DNA of 63,606 bases, filler included, from Octopus bimaculoides (Eukaryota), in the NCBI RefSeq assembly GCF_001194135.2. It is 8 parts of 6 records of this genome, joined end to end, with 100 filler letters (N's around TTAATTAATTAA, not from the genome) between each part and the next. Parts side by side here need not be neighbours in the genome. Positions count along the whole stretch, not along the records: positions 59,589 to 63,606 come from NC_068982.1; 7 more parts are not named here. One strand, given 5' to 3'. Made by a program: the position numbers and the translations under genes. The notes beneath the pieces are model-generated. The model saw nothing but the letters and a program-made list of their open reading frames with translations, ran no database searches and was not told the origin of the DNA. The stretch's first letter is position 1. Each line of letters starts with the position of its first letter. Below, in pieces: positions 63,567-63,606 of this stretch.

Positions 63567-63606
<40 letters not shown>

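Overview
AT-rich, microsatellite-dense animal DNA with many N gaps. The SINE families, RTE/Dong/Penelope remnants and (TA)n/(AAT)n load point to an octopus (cephalopod) assembly; this is an inference. Seven 100-bp spacers (44 N + TTAATTAATTAA + 44 N) are artificial joins, so the window is at least 8 concatenated pieces and adjacency across spacers is not evidence. Host genes, both on the minus strand: the last coding exon of a rhomboid protease (4187-4419), and seven consecutive, frame-consistent exons of an MRCK/CDC42BP (gek) kinase covering the CNH and CRIB domains (42412 to 30493). The rest is repeats: three tRNA-derived SINE families, a decayed R4/Dong-type RLE retroelement, an RTE 3' end, a Tx1/L1-type 5' end, a TIR-bounded Tc1 element, Penelope-like RT fragments, telomere-like arrays and minisatellites. 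The most interesting unannotated signal is a set of minimal type I hammerhead ribozyme motifs (CUGAUGA, stem II, GAAACGUU). They occur as a ~167-nt tandem, retrozyme-like repeat in an MRCK intron and fused behind a tRNA-like Pol III head in two SINE-like copies. A second, unrelated hammerhead-like motif lies at 13.85 kb. MRCK exons are also surrounded by duplicated decoy splice acceptors and inverted SINE arrays. All folds and alignments were done by eye.
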